A DNA stretch of 60,249 bases, filler included. It is 7 parts of 7 records of this genome, joined end to end, with 100 filler letters (N's around TTAATTAATTAA, not from the genome) between each part and the next. Parts side by side here need not be neighbours in the genome. Positions count along the whole stretch, not along the records: positions 1 to 7,652 come from SRR31156797_19438; positions 7,753 to 15,914 come from SRR31156797_19482; 5 more parts are not named here. The stretch is one strand, 5' to 3'. Under the pieces are notes generated by a model that did not search any database, was not told the DNA's origin, and saw only the letters and a program-made list of their open reading frames with translations. Of this stretch, positions 1 to 9,830 are shown in pieces (positions within the stretch are counted from its first letter, which is position 1; every line of letters begins with the position of its first letter). The position numbers were made by a program, and so were the translations under genes.

Positions 1-1
1 C

Positions 2-106
2 TATGACGAGGCCAGAGCCCGTTCCTACCGCTCCATGGAGAAGGCCCTGCAGAAGAACTTTATCGGCGCCTTGGAGGACTACTTCGACGGCTACGCCGGA
101 GGCTGA
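2..106 (+). CDS. 3' end of an unidentified CDS (YDEARARSYRSMEKALQKNFIGALEDYFDGYAGG*), truncated by the window start
   Basis: Open frame with GC-rich third positions like neighbouring genes, ending TGA at 104-106. Confidence 0.6.
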   Translation, partial: YDEARARSYRSMEKALQKNFIGALEDYFDGYAGG

Positions 107-116
107 TTCGATACTG

Positions 117-224
117 GGATGCATACCCCGAGGCTTTGCCTCGTTATATGACCCGAATCATGCCGCTGATTAAGCGGCGACCTTGACGAACAAGAATACT
201 CCGCCCCTTGGGGAGGAGATTCTT
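117..224. repeat. Cluster of three GC-rich hairpins, possibly a REP/MITE-like remnant related to IS200/IS605 ends
   Basis: CGAGGC-TTT-GCCTCG (129-143), GCCGCT-GATTA-AGCGGC (162-178), and imperfect AAGAATACTCCGCCCC-TT-GGGGAGGAGATTCTT (192-224). Confidence 0.35.
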
Positions 225-245
225 ATTCTTCTCCTGTTTCAGATG

Positions 246-276
246 AAAAAAACCGCAGTCCTCGGCTGCGGTTTTC
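246..276. terminator. Bidirectional intrinsic terminator
   Basis: AAAACCGCAGTC-CTC-GGCTGCGGTTTT stem with A/T tracts on both sides, between convergent genes. Confidence 0.7.
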
Positions 277-470
277 TATTGAATCGCATCCTGTAATGAC
301 AGAACATCAATCCCCTAGAAGCTCAAACCTCTTTCACCGCCGTAGGCAATGGGAGGTAGAATTTCACTTTTCAGTCCCAGAGATCGAAAATTATTGATCC
401 CTTTAAGGAACTCGGGTGAGAATGTTTCTGATGATTTGATCTCTATGATCTCAAGCTTACTCCCCTTTTG
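276..470 (-). pseudogene. C-terminal remnant of an AAA+ ATPase/DUF4143 (PD-(D/E)xK-like) protein
   Basis: Manual translation QKGSKLEIIEIKSSETFSPEFLKGINNFRSLG...IAYGGERGLSF*GIDVLSLQDAIQ*; IEIKS motif, internal TAG at 315-317, no start codon. Confidence 0.55.
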
Positions 471-602
471 GGGCCCAGAATGGTGACGACAGGATATTCT
501 TCTGCCGCTTCCGATAGTTAGTGTATTTATTATCTATGGATCAACTTGTGTAATATCGTAAGTCGAACTTTGGATTTACACACAACGGTTGTTGTGCAAA
601 TT

Positions 603-626
603 AAAAAAGGAGGCCCGAAAGCCTCC
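603..626 (-). terminator. Intrinsic terminator downstream of the LysM gene
   Basis: Minus strand GGAGGC-TTTCGG-GCCTCC-TTTTTT. Confidence 0.7.
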
Positions 627-651
627 CTCTATAATCTGAACTCCTGCTAAT

Positions 652-2088
652 CTATTCCACCGGGGGAATGATCAGTTTCTGACCCGGGTAGATAAGATCC
701 GGATTGGGGATCATCTTCTGGTTCCTCTGCCAGATCTTGGGCCAGAGGAAGGGATCTCCGTAGATCTCTTCGAACTCGGCGATGCGCCACAGACAGTCCG
801 TGTTCTCTTCGCGGTACTTGACGATGTAGGTTTTGCCCACCGCATTGGCCCTGTAGGCCCGGATATAGGCTTCGGCCTGGGTCAGCAACTCTCGGGCCTT
901 GTCGTGGTTGCCCGCGTTCCGCTCGTCTATGGCCTGCTGCCAGAGGGTCTTGGCCTTCTCCAGCATACCGGATACGGCGACAAGCTCCTCCTCTTCCTCT
1001 TCGGCGATCTCCCTCTCCAGATCGTAATCGGTCAGCTCCGAATCCTCTTCCTCATAGTCTTCGGATGAGGACTGGAGAAGGGGATTGGACGACAGGTAGT
1101 CGGCCCCCGACCAGGGATCGGCTTCCATGATATCGCCGTCTTCGGTCTGCACAGTCAGGGTGGAGGCGTCTTCCAGTTCGGTCTGAACGGACATAAGCCT
1201 TGCGTCGGTTTCGGCCTCCTTCTTTCTGACCCTCGTCAGATAGAGGGTGTCCTTGGCGCGGAACTTCGCCTCTTTCAGGCTGGCCTCGCTCCCCTCTACA
1301 TCGTACTTTCTGAATCTGAGCATCCCCTCGTCCAGAAGGTAGCTGGCTCTGTTGAACTCTTCTCCCGCCCAGAGATAGGCCTCTTCCTTCTCAGCGTCAT
1401 TCAGGTAGGCCTTTGTGTCTCTTTCCAGGATAGCGATCCAGCGGATGTTTTGATCCAGGATGTTGTAAAGGTTCTTCGCCATAAGATCGGATTTATCCAT
1501 ATCCTTGCGGGCCTGATCAAGACGCTCCGCGTCGATGGAGGCTCTGGTGTAGCTGAACTGCTGGATCACCTCGTCATAGGGGACGGGACTGAACTTATCC
1601 GCTTCGATATCCAGCAGGGAGGCCTGCAGTTTGTCCAGGTAGGCGTGGGCCTCTTTTTTGAGTCCGGTCTTACCCAGCTCGAATGCCCGGTCGCCCTTTT
1701 CGACGACCCCTGCGAGAAGGAGCCGGGCCTGTTCGGGATCGCTTTCCCCGAGGGACGCGGCCATCTTAAGATCTTCATATGCCTGGGCCATAAGATCCGG
1801 GGCGAAACGGGAACCTTCGACCATTTCGGCTCTCTCGAGGGCCTGTCTGGCGATGGCGAATTCTTCCTTGGATACGGGTTCGACCGCAGGTTCTTCGGGA
1901 GTTTCCTCGGGGGTCGCCTCCGGCAGAGCAGCTTCTACCTGAGTCTGTCCCTCTTCTACAACTTCCTCCACGACCTCTTCGGGAACGGCTTCTTCCGTTA
2001 CTTCCTCTTCGGGCTCGGGAGTTGATGAACAGGACATAACGGCAAACAGGGAAAGGACTAATAAAGTAAACAGGATCTTCTTGTTCAT
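652..2088 (-). CDS. Spirochaetal lipoprotein with a helical body and C-terminal LysM domain (LipL71/BB0323-like)
   Basis: AGGAG RBS before ATG 2088; lipobox AVMS-C; acidic tether; C-terminal DCLWRIAE..IYGDPFLWPKIW..NPDLIYPGQKLIIP. Confidence 0.85.
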   Translation of the reverse strand: MNKKILFTLLVLSLFAVMSCSSTPEPEEEVTEEAVPEEVVEEVVEEGQTQVEAALPEATPEETPEEPAVEPVSKEEFAIARQALERAEMVEGSRFAPDLMAQAYEDLKMAASLGESDPEQARLLLAGVVEKGDRAFELGKTGLKKEAHAYLDKLQASLLDIEADKFSPVPYDEVIQQFSYTRASIDAERLDQARKDMDKSDLMAKNLYNILDQNIRWIAILERDTKAYLNDAEKEEAYLWAGEEFNRASYLLDEGMLRFRKYDVEGSEASLKEAKFRAKDTLYLTRVRKKEAETDARLMSVQTELEDASTLTVQTEDGDIMEADPWSGADYLSSNPLLQSSSEDYEEEDSELTDYDLEREIAEEEEEELVAVSGMLEKAKTLWQQAIDERNAGNHDKARELLTQAEAYIRAYRANAVGKTYIVKYREENTDCLWRIAEFEEIYGDPFLWPKIWQRNQKMIPNPDLIYPGQKLIIPPVE

Positions 2089-2196
2089 GCACTCTCTCCT
2101 CATGGAATACAGTCTAGCACGGAGATATTCCCGAGTCAAAGGGAAGCCGCATGAACAACCGTTAACTTCCCTTCATTCGGGTTCTTTTTCTCTGTC

Positions 2197-2511
2197 CTAC
2201 TCCATATGAAAGAGCTCGGTCAGGGGAACGGTTACGGGCGACTTATCGGGATTGGTCTCCATGATGTCCGCCATATGGCGCCACCACTTTTGCACGACGG
2301 GATTGCTCCCCAGGTCCTGGGAGCCCTGGTTCCCGGAGACTCTCTGGACGGCGAAGAGGGTGTCCGTCTCTTCGTCCAGGAAGATGGAATAGTCAGTGAC
2401 TCCCGAATTGCTGATGATCTCCGCGAGCTCGGGCCAGATCCAGTCGTGCCTCTTTCTGTACTCCTCTTTGCAGCCGGGTTTCAGCTTCATCTTGAAGGCG
2501 ACTCTTGTCAT
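2197..2511 (-). CDS. rhaM: L-rhamnose mutarotase
   Basis: 104 aa from ATG 2511: [27 protein letters not shown]...[14 protein letters not shown]. Confidence 0.95.
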   Translation of the reverse strand: MTRVAFKMKLKPGCKEEYRKRHDWIWPELAEIISNSGVTDYSIFLDEETDTLFAVQRVSGNQGSQDLGSNPVVQKWWRHMADIMETNPDKSPVTVPLTELFHME

Positions 2512-2576
2512 TTCATTCCTTTCCTCGGCTTTCCCGTAAGCCCTTTCCTTTTCTTTCTCAGAGGCCGGCGGCCCGG

Positions 2577-3608
2577 TCAGGCCTGTTGTTTCTTCAGCTT
2601 GCGCCTGGCCTTGAGGCTGTTCAACATCTCGGGGATGAGAACGGCGGCGATCAGCAGAAAGCCCGTGGTGATGATCATGGACTTGGCCGACAGGTTCATC
2701 AGGCCCATGCCGAATTTCAGATAGCCCAGCAGGAAGACGGCGACGATGACGCCGAAGATGTTCCCCTTGCCCCCGGATATGGAGACCCCTCCCAGGACGA
2801 CCAGGGTGATGGCTTCCATATCCCATCCCGTGGCGATGTTGGGCCGGGTGCTGCCGATCCGGGAGGTCAGGAGGACGGCGGCGATCCCGCAGAACAGGCC
2901 GTTCAGCACCATGTTCATGAAGCGGATGCGGCTGACCGGAACGCCCGAGAAGCGGGCCGCCGTGCTGCTGTTGCCGATGGCGTAGACCTTGCGCCCGTAG
3001 GTCGTCTTGTGGAGGACGAATCCCATGACCGCCGCCAGGACGAGGAACAGGGCCAGTTCGAAGGGCACCAGGCTGTCACCCACATAGCCCTGGCCAAAGT
3101 AGGCGAAGCTTTCGGGATAGTCGGTGTAGGCCTGGTCCTCCAGGAAGGCCTGGGATATGCCCCGGAAGAGGGACTGGCTTCCCAGGGTGACGGCGATGGC
3201 GGGGATCTTCAGCCCCGTGATCAGAAGGCCGTTGAAGATACCGCAGGCGATCCCTGCGGCCAGCCCGATCAGGATCAGCTCCGCCGTGCCGGCGCCCTGT
3301 GCCGCGGCATGGCCCATGGCGAAGGAGCAGAGGGCCAGTATGGAGGCGACGGAGATGTCTATGTCTCCGCACATGATGACGAAGATCATGGGCAGGGCCA
3401 TGATGGCCTTCTCCATGAAGTTGAACGTGGTGTTCATCAGGTTGAAATAATCCAGAAAATAGGGACTCAGGTTGGAGAACGTCACTACGACTCCCGCGAA
3501 GAGGATGACCAGGATGAACTCCCACTTCGTGACGGTCTCAACTATCCTCTCCCTCAGGCTTGTCTCCCTGATCAGTCTGTTCTGACTGACGTGTTTCATC
3601 TCACTCAT
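2577..3608 (-). CDS. rhaQ: Rhamnose ABC transporter permease
   Basis: RbsC-type permease motifs (IDISV, AIGNS..AARFSGV); operon context. Confidence 0.88.
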   Translation of the reverse strand: MSEMKHVSQNRLIRETSLRERIVETVTKWEFILVILFAGVVVTFSNLSPYFLDYFNLMNTTFNFMEKAIMALPMIFVIMCGDIDISVASILALCSFAMGHAAAQGAGTAELILIGLAAGIACGIFNGLLITGLKIPAIAVTLGSQSLFRGISQAFLEDQAYTDYPESFAYFGQGYVGDSLVPFELALFLVLAAVMGFVLHKTTYGRKVYAIGNSSTAARFSGVPVSRIRFMNMVLNGLFCGIAAVLLTSRIGSTRPNIATGWDMEAITLVVLGGVSISGGKGNIFGVIVAVFLLGYLKFGMGLMNLSAKSMIITTGFLLIAAVLIPEMLNSLKARRKLKKQQA

Positions 3609-4594
3609 TAGCGGCGTCTCCTGTTCAGCAGTCTCTTTTCGTTTCTCTGGTCCATCAGGACGTTGGCGATGATGGCCGCCAGGACAACGAAGCCCTGTAT
3701 GCCCATCTGGTAGAAGGGAGAGAGGTTCACCACGGGCAGGGCGTTGTTGATGACCCCCAGAAAGAGGGCGCCCAGGACCACTCCCGTGAGGGCCCCCGAT
3801 CCCCCGGCAATGCTGACTCCTCCCAGGACGCAGGCCGCTACGGTCTGCAGCTCGAATCCTGTGGCCGTTTCATTCACCGCCGCCGCGTAACGGGCGGTCC
3901 ACATGACCCCCGCCAGTCCGCAAAGGGCTCCGCAGATCACGAAAACCATGAAGCTGACCTTCCTCTCGCTGACCCCTACGAAGCGGGCGGCCGTCTTGTT
4001 GCCGCCGATGGCGTAGATCTCCCGGCCGTGGCGGGTGTAGCGGGTGAAGTAGTACATCAGAACGAATACCAGAACCGCCCAGGCCGTCAGGTTGGGGATC
4101 AGCAGCAGCCGTCCCTTGGGGATGTTCATATAGGCCTCGCTCATCTCATGGGCCGTGACCCACTGCCCCTTGCTGAGGACGAAGGTGAAGCCTCTGAAGA
4201 TGCTCATGGTACCCAATGTGGTGATGATGGGAGGGATCTTGCCGAAGGCCACGCAGGCGCCGTTGAAGGCTCCCAGGGCTGTCCCGATGAGGATGCCCGT
4301 CAGCAGGACCAGGGTAACGGGCATGCCGGGGGTGTACTGGTTCAGCATGGACGCCGCCATGCCGGAGAAGGCGATGGTGGAACCCACGGACAGGTCTATT
4401 CCACCGGTCAGGATGACCAGGAACTGTCCGGCGGCCACCATGATCAGGATGGCCGTGTCGTTGATGATCCTCTCTATATTGTCCAGGGCCAGGAACGAGG
4501 GGGCCCTCAATGTGACCAGGAGGAGCAGGGTCAGGATCAGCACGATCAGGTTGAGCTCCCTGTTCTGCAGCAGTTCTTCTATTCTTTTTTTCAT
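3608..4594 (-). CDS. rhaP: Rhamnose ABC transporter permease
   Basis: GGIDLSVGS, IPPIITTLGT, GFELQTVAACVLGG motifs. Confidence 0.88.
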   Translation of the reverse strand: MKKRIEELLQNRELNLIVLILTLLLLVTLRAPSFLALDNIERIINDTAILIMVAAGQFLVILTGGIDLSVGSTIAFSGMAASMLNQYTPGMPVTLVLLTGILIGTALGAFNGACVAFGKIPPIITTLGTMSIFRGFTFVLSKGQWVTAHEMSEAYMNIPKGRLLLIPNLTAWAVLVFVLMYYFTRYTRHGREIYAIGGNKTAARFVGVSERKVSFMVFVICGALCGLAGVMWTARYAAAVNETATGFELQTVAACVLGGVSIAGGSGALTGVVLGALFLGVINNALPVVNLSPFYQMGIQGFVVLAAIIANVLMDQRNEKRLLNRRRR

Positions 4595-6093
4595 GATTTC
4601 CCTTCCTGATGACCCGTGGCGGCCAGAATGATGTTATCGCTGTCCGCCTCGTCGCGGTCCATGGTGCGGGTGATGCGGCCCTCGTGCATGACGACGATGC
4701 GATCGGCCATTCCCAGTATCTCGGGGAGTTCCGAGGACACCAGTATGACGGCCAGGCCCCGGCCCGCCATCTCGGAGACGAACTCATGGACCGCCGCCTT
4801 GGTGGCCACGTCTATGCCCTTGGTCGGTTCGTCCAGGATCAGGATCTCCGGATCGGTGGCCAGCCATTTGGCCAGGACCACCTTCTGCTGGTTTCCCCCG
4901 GACAGTGTGTCGGCGCTGACCTTCCAGCTGGCGGCCTTGATCTCCATCTTGTTGCCGAATTCCTCGGTCACGGCCCTCTCGGAGCGCCCGTTGAGAATGC
5001 CCATGGGGCTCAGCTTGTCTATCTGAGGCAGGGTGATGTTGTGGGCCAGGCTCATCTCCAGGATGGCTCCCTGCTGCTGCCTGTCTTCGGGCACGTAGGC
5101 GATGCCGTTCTTCATGGCAGTCAGGGGAGAGCTTATCTCTATGGGCCTGCCCTTGAGGCTGATCGTTCCGGCCGACTTTTTATCGATGCCGAAGACGGTT
5201 CTCATGACCTCCGAGCGTCCGGCGCCCACCAGGCCGAAAAAACCCAGGATTTCCCCCCTCCGGAGGGAGAAGGAGACGTCGCTGAACTGCCCGGGAAGGC
5301 TCAGGCCGTCCACCTTGAGAACGGTCTCTCCTCTCCTCGCCTCCTTCTTGGGGAACATCTGATTCAGGGAGCGTCCCACCATCATCTTCACGATCTCGTC
5401 CACCGAGGATTCGGAGACCGTTCCCTCTCCTATATACTGTCCGTCCCGGAAGACCGTATAGCTGTCGCAGATCTCGAAGATCTCTTCGAACTTGTGGGAG
5501 ATGAAGACGATGGCCTTTCCCTCTTCCCTGAGCTGGCGGATGATCTTGTAGAGCTCTTCCACCTCCTTGAGAGAGAGGGCGGATGTGGGCTCGTCCATGA
5601 TGACCACCCGGGCGTCCACCGAGAGGGCCTTGGCGATCTCCACCATATGCCTCTGGGCGGTCCCCAGGTTTTTGATCAGGGTGTCGGGGTTTATGTCCAG
5701 CTCCATGCGGTCCAGCAGGGCTTTGGTGTGCTCCCTCATGGCCTTCCAGTCCAGGGTTCCCGACCGTTTGCGGATATGGTGGCCCATGAAGATGTTCTCC
5801 GTAACGGTCAGTTCGGAAAACATGGAGGCCTCCTGGTGGATGGCGACGACGCCGGCGGCCTGGGCCTCATGGGAGGTCCTGAAGGAGACGGCTTCGCCCC
5901 CCATCAGTATCTTGCCCCGGGTGGGCTGATAGATCCCGGTCATGATCTTTACCAGCGTGGATTTGCCGGCTCCGTTCTCGCCGATCAGGGCATGGACTTC
6001 CCCTGTGCTGATGGTGAAGTCCACATTGTCCAGCGCCTTTATCCCCGGGAAGTATTTGGCAATATCTTTCAGTTCCAGAATGACTTTTTTCAA
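4591..6093 (-). CDS. rhaT: Rhamnose ABC transporter ATP-binding protein (two ABC domains)
   Basis: GENGAGKST, DEPT and LSGGNQQK motifs; likely TTG start at 6093 after AGGAG. Confidence 0.9.
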   Translation of the reverse strand: MKKVILELKDIAKYFPGIKALDNVDFTISTGEVHALIGENGAGKSTLVKIMTGIYQPTRGKILMGGEAVSFRTSHEAQAAGVVAIHQEASMFSELTVTENIFMGHHIRKRSGTLDWKAMREHTKALLDRMELDINPDTLIKNLGTAQRHMVEIAKALSVDARVVIMDEPTSALSLKEVEELYKIIRQLREEGKAIVFISHKFEEIFEICDSYTVFRDGQYIGEGTVSESSVDEIVKMMVGRSLNQMFPKKEARRGETVLKVDGLSLPGQFSDVSFSLRRGEILGFFGLVGAGRSEVMRTVFGIDKKSAGTISLKGRPIEISSPLTAMKNGIAYVPEDRQQQGAILEMSLAHNITLPQIDKLSPMGILNGRSERAVTEEFGNKMEIKAASWKVSADTLSGGNQQKVVLAKWLATDPEILILDEPTKGIDVATKAAVHEFVSEMAGRGLAVILVSSELPEILGMADRIVVMHEGRITRTMDRDEADSDNIILAATGHQEGKS

Positions 6094-6210
6094 AACATAA
6101 CTCTCCTTAAGAGTTCTCCCGAATACCGTTTGTTTCAGTGAAGGGGTATTCGGGAAAGCCCTCAAATCAGATTCTCTGATCTGTGGATTTTTACCTGTAT
6201 TTTTTATGAG

Positions 6211-6233
6211 GGCCGGGGAGGATGTCCCCGGCC
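6211..6233 (-). other. Intergenic hairpin after rhaS (possible mRNA stabiliser or partial terminator)
   Basis: GGCCGGGGA-GGATG-TCCCCGGCC perfect 9-bp stem. Confidence 0.45.
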
Positions 6234-6249
6234 GAAGATTGCGGTTCTC

Positions 6250-7269
6250 TTAGAAGATGGAGGCGTACTGGGCGATGTTTTCTTTGTTGAAGACGAAGGG
6301 CTCGCCCATGATGGAGTTTCCGTCATTTCCAACTCTGATCTCGCCCATCCTGCCGGCCTTGATCACATCGCCGGACTTGCCTTCCACGTCGCCTTTGATC
6401 ATAGAGTTCAGGATGTAGGTGGCCGAGTATCCCAGGTCTACGGGATTCCAGAGGGCCATCTGTCCGCAGGTCCCGTTCTCTATGTAGTGCTGCATCTCGG
6501 AGGGGAGTCCCAGGCCGGTGATCTGCACCTTGCCCTTCAGCCCCTCGTCCTCGATGGCCTTGGAGGCGGCCAGAACGCCGACGGTGGTGGGGGAGATGAT
6601 TCCGGCCAGGTCGGGGTATTTCTTGAACAGGCCCACGGCTTCGCGGTAGCTCTTGTCGGCGGCGTCGTCGCCGTAGGCGATCTCTACGATCTCCATGTCT
6701 TTGTATTCGGGGGCTTTGATGGCTTCCTGCATATAGCCGATCCACTCGTTCTGGTTGGTAGCCTGGGCGGTGGCGGAGAGGACGGCTATCTTTCCCTTGT
6801 AGTCGCAGAGTTCGGCGATCAGGCGGACCTGCTGGGTTCCTATCAGTTCGGAATCGGAAGGGGCCAGCGCCACCTCTCGTCCGCCGGCATTGATATTGGA
6901 GTCGAAGGACATGATCCGGATGCCCGCCTTCATGGCTTTCTTGCAGACGGGGATCAGGGCGTCGGGGTCGTTGGCGGAGATGGCGATGCCGTCCACCTTC
7001 TGGGCGATCAGGGTTTCGATGATCTCGATCTGGCCTTCCGCAGTGGCGGAGCTGGGGCCCATGTAGACGGACTCAACGTCGCCCAGTTCTCCGGCCGCCT
7101 CAACGCCTCCGTCGGCAACGGCTTCAAAGAACCCGTTGCCCAGGCTCTTCACCAGTAAAACGATCTTCGTCTTTCCGGCGTCGGCGGTTCCTTCCTGCTG
7201 TCCTCCGGCGAAAACAACCGATCCCATAAGGGCCAGGATCATAATCAAGACAGTGCTTTTGCGTTTCAT
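6250..7269 (-). CDS. rhaS: Rhamnose ABC transporter substrate-binding protein
   Basis: Spirochaete-type FAGGQQE N-terminus; KSLGNGFF, IISPTTVG and LWNPVDLGY motifs. Confidence 0.9.
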   Translation of the reverse strand: MKRKSTVLIMILALMGSVVFAGGQQEGTADAGKTKIVLLVKSLGNGFFEAVADGGVEAAGELGDVESVYMGPSSATAEGQIEIIETLIAQKVDGIAISANDPDALIPVCKKAMKAGIRIMSFDSNINAGGREVALAPSDSELIGTQQVRLIAELCDYKGKIAVLSATAQATNQNEWIGYMQEAIKAPEYKDMEIVEIAYGDDAADKSYREAVGLFKKYPDLAGIISPTTVGVLAASKAIEDEGLKGKVQITGLGLPSEMQHYIENGTCGQMALWNPVDLGYSATYILNSMIKGDVEGKSGDVIKAGRMGEIRVGNDGNSIMGEPFVFNKENIAQYASIF

Positions 7270-7539
7270 TCAATCTCTCCTTTGCGCTTTTCTATTTTCA
7301 GCTTATCACCCGTTTTGAAAAGGGAGTTAGGACGAAAATCTACAAAAGGGGCCGATATCCTACACTTCCTCTCACTGGGGAAGGCGGGAAAAGACGGGTG
7401 GAGGCAGGTCTCCGATCCCCGCAACCGCCCCCTTAAAAGGATTTGAGTTCTCCCCGGATCGGGATTATAGTTTAGGTGCCGGAGGCTCTTCCTTTGAAGG
7501 AGCCTTATCAATTGTATATTCCGCCAAGGAGCCTTGAAT

Positions 7540-7652
7540 ATGTTTGATCTTGTCATAGCCAATGGAAAAATCGTCACCTCAACTTCTGTTCTGGAGGGTG
7601 ACATAGGAATAAGGGACGGCAAGATCGCCGCCCTGGGCGAGTCCCTTGAGGG
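7540..7652 (+). CDS. N-terminus of a cyclic amidohydrolase (dihydropyrimidinase/allantoinase-like), truncated
   Basis: AAGGAG RBS; manual translation MFDLVIANGKIVTSTSVLEGDIGIRDGKIAALGESL. Confidence 0.75.
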
Positions 7653-7752
7653 NNNNNNNNNNNNNNNNNNNNNNNNNNNNNNNNNNNNNNNNNNNNTTAA
7701 TTAATTAANNNNNNNNNNNNNNNNNNNNNNNNNNNNNNNNNNNNNNNNNNNN
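7653..7752. other. Artificial contig linker
   Basis: N44-TTAATTAATTAA-N44 (stops in all six frames). Confidence 0.98.
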
Positions 7753-8742
7753 TTTGGCCAGGGTTGATTTTCCTGATCCCGATTCTCCTACGACCCCGAG
7801 GCAGTCTCCCCGGTACAGCTTGAAGGACAGATCGGAAACTGCGTGCAGGGAGCGTGTAACCTTCCCGAAAAGGGAGCGCTGTAACGGAAATTGCACATGG
7901 ATGTTTTTGGTTTCAATGAGGGGGGGCGTTGTTTTTCGGGACATGTCCGGTACCGGCGGAGGGGTGGATGCCCCAAGCAGGCTGAGGGTGTAAGGATGCC
8001 GGGGGCGGGAGAGAATGGTTGACCCGGGGCCGGATTCCACAATCGAGCCTGCCTGCATCACATGGATGACATCGGCCAGTTCCCCCACGATGCCAAGGTC
8101 GTGGGAGATGAGCAGAATCGCCATGCCGAGACGGTGTTGCAATGAGGACAGCAACTCCAGCACCTGCCGTTGTACGGTTACATCCAGGGCCGTGGTGGGT
8201 TCATCGGCAATGAGCAGATCCGGTTCATTGGCCAGTGCCATGGCCAGCATTATCCGCTGGCGCTGGCCCCCCGAGAGTTCGTGGGGGAGGGATTTCAACC
8301 GGTGGCGGGGATTGTCGATGCCCACCATCTCAAGCAGTTCCAGCACCCGGGAACGTGCCGCCTGCCGGGTAAATCCCCTGTGAATTCGCAGGACCTCCCC
8401 GATCTGTCTTTCAATGGAGTGCAGTGGGTTGAGGCTGTTCATGGGTTCCTGGAAAATCATGCCAATGCGATTGCCGCGGATTTTTCTCAGGGAGCGCTGG
8501 GAAAGATCCGTTATCTCCTTCCCATTGAACCGGATCTGGCCGGAACTGATTTGCGCCACCTTGGGAAGCAACCCCAGCACGGAACGGGCGGTCATGGATT
8601 TGCCGGACCCGGATTCCCCCACCAGGGCAACGGTTTCGCCCCGGCGAATCCGTAGATTGACATCTTTGACCGGGGTATTGATTTTTGATACGGCGGGGAT
8701 GGTGATGGTTAGATTTTTGATTTCGAGCAATGTATCGTTCAT
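7753..8742 (-). CDS. yejF: Peptide ABC transporter dual-domain ATPase (YejF-like), 3'-truncated
   Basis: Two GESGSGKS Walker A motifs; PHELSGGQRQR. Confidence 0.85.
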
Positions 8743-9830
8743 GGCAGTTCCTCGTTATAGGGGTCAATGGCGTCCCGCACCCCTTCGCCGATAAAGACCA
8801 GCAGGGTCAGCTGCAACGCCAGAACAACAAAGGCTGAAACACCGATCCATGGGGATTCGAGGTGGGCTTTGCCCTGGGCAAGCAGATCCCCCAGGGAGGG
8901 TGTTCCCGCCGGCAGGCCAAGGCCGAGGAAATCAAGTGAGGTCAATGAAATAATGGCCCCGTTTATGATAAAGGGCAGATACGTAGTGGTGGCGATCAGG
9001 GCATTGGGCAGCATATGCCGCAGGATGATTGCCCGGTCCCCCACTCCCATGACCCGGGCGGCAAGGACATAGTCCAGGTTGCGGCAGCGCAGGAATTCGG
9101 CACGGACCACATCCACCAGCCCCATCCAGCTGAAGAGCAGAATAATGCCAAGGAGAATGAAAAACCCCGGTTCCATGAGGCTGGACAGGATGATCAGCAG
9201 ATAGGTCACCGGCATGCCGCTCCAGATTTCGATAAACCGCTGGCCCAGGATATCCGTCCATCCTCCCCGGTAACCAAGGAACGCCCCCACCAGAACACCC
9301 GTAATGGTGCTGAAGGCGGCCAGGCAGAGTCCGAAACTGACGGAGAGGCGAAACCCGTACAGGATGCGGGCCAGGATATCCCTGCCCGAGTCGTCCGTGC
9401 CAAGCGGGTTTTCCAGGGTCGGCGGAGAGGGAAATGTGCCGGTGACATTATAATTGATGGTGTCGTAACTGAAGCGAACAGGGGGCCAGAGCATCCAGCC
9501 GTCATCGGAGACAAGCTTTTGCACGGCGGGATCACGAAAGTCGGCCGCGGTTTCAAACCGGCCGCCAAAGGTGGTTTCCGGGTAATCCACCAGGGCCGGC
9601 ACATACAATTGTCCTTTATAAATGAGGAGCAGCGGCCGGTCATTGGCCACGAGGTCGGCAAACAGGCTCAGGCTGAAAAGAAAAACAAACAGCCCCATGG
9701 ATATATAGCCCCGCCGGTTGGAACGGAACGCCTGCCAGCGCCGCCGGGAAATGTCCGACCGGAAAAAAAAGCTACGGCCGCACGGTTTTGGGATTTCCCC
9801 GTCAGGGGTAGCAAAGGGTTGGGTCATCAT
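8739..9830 (-). CDS. yejE: Peptide ABC transporter permease (YejE-like)
   Basis: RRWQAFRSNRRGY, ANDRPLL, LGTDDSGRDILAR. Confidence 0.88.
   Translation of the reverse strand: MMTQPFATPDGEIPKPCGRSFFFRSDISRRRWQAFRSNRRGYISMGLFVFLFSLSLFADLVANDRPLLLIYKGQLYVPALVDYPETTFGGRFETAADFRDPAVQKLVSDDGWMLWPPVRFSYDTINYNVTGTFPSPPTLENPLGTDDSGRDILARILYGFRLSVSFGLCLAAFSTITGVLVGAFLGYRGGWTDILGQRFIEIWSGMPVTYLLIILSSLMEPGFFILLGIILLFSWMGLVDVVRAEFLRCRNLDYVLAARVMGVGDRAIILRHMLPNALIATTTYLPFIINGAIISLTSLDFLGLGLPAGTPSLGDLLAQGKAHLESPWIGVSAFVVLALQLTLLVFIGEGVRDAIDPYNEELP

Noticed and set aside
2512-2826. 209-aa extended RhaM
   Set aside because: The extension overlaps rhaQ in another frame; RhaM homology starts at 2511.
2505-6141. 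Long antisense ORFs (368, 510 aa; likewise 55704-57023, 56705-58012, 59022-60074, 33396-34517)
   Set aside because: Shadow ORFs opposite well-supported genes in GC-rich DNA, with no recognisable motifs.
7697-7708. TTAATTAATTAA palindrome recurring six times
   Set aside because: Artificial six-frame-stop linker embedded in Ns.
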